Below are positions 33,505-33,545 of a stretch of DNA of 33,545 nucleotides, piece by piece (position 1 is the stretch's first letter; each line of letters starts with the position of its first letter). Source of the DNA: Patescibacteria group bacterium (GTDB lineage Bacteria; Patescibacteriota; Minisyncoccia; Phycocordibacterales; Phycocordibacteraceae); contig JAHJZL010000048.1 of NCBI GenBank assembly GCA_018826405.1, forward strand, positions 1-33,545, read 5' to 3'. The notes beneath the pieces are model-generated. The model was not told where the DNA came from. It saw only the letters and a list, made by a program, of their open reading frames with translations, and did no database searches. The translations under genes and the position numbers were made by a program.

Positions 33505-33545
33505 ATGTCACGTCTCGCTAAAAAACCAATCACCATCCCTTCCAA
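33505..33545 (+). CDS. rplF: 50S ribosomal protein L6, 5' end (partial, runs off the window)
   Basis: MSRLAKKPITIPS matches the L6 N-terminus. The position after rpsH is canonical. Confidence 0.8.
   Translation, partial: MSRLAKKPITIPS

Noticed and set aside
1-33545. CRISPR arrays, rRNA genes or long tandem repeats
   Set aside because: I saw no regularly spaced direct repeats and no rRNA-like conserved stretches on either strand.

Overview
This window looks like core chromosome from a small-genome bacterium. My inference is Patescibacteria/CPR-like, because nearly all conserved genes lack a Shine-Dalgarno (SD) sequence, there is a type IV pilus-like cluster, and the ComEC homolog is metallo-beta-lactamase (MBL)-only. 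Layout: 1-3616 holds a PilC tail plus three pilin-like genes. 3640-6259 holds tpiA, an SGNH hydrolase and pgk. Next come a HIT protein, recJ, rnhA, a Fe/Mn SOD-like gene, the ComEC-type MBL gene, rpmB, an M50 protease, a lexA + Y-family polymerase operon with a perfect SOS box, a CAP-domain protein, a PEBP protein and a membrane protein. From 15995 to the end lies the str/S10/spc ribosomal cluster in canonical order: rpsL rpsG fusA tuf rpsJ rplC rplD rplW rplB rpsS rplV rpsC rplP rpmC rpsQ rplN rplX rplE rpsN rpsH rplF(partial). I saw no rRNA, tRNA, CRISPR array, transposase or integrase. Two things stand out. (1) The ribosomal cluster is cut at six junctions by modules of terminator, inserted gene(s) and restart promoter. 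(2) Nine small ORFs (48-166 aa) look like a separate gene population. Each has a textbook SD, visibly higher G+C and its own hairpin terminator. None belongs to a family I recognise. They sit in intergenic gaps of otherwise SD-less conserved operons. A 2OG-Fe(II) oxygenase with an intact HxD...H...RxS motif sits between rplB and rpsS. The leaders of rplC and tuf look structured. All functional calls rest on motif recognition by eye. No searches were run.
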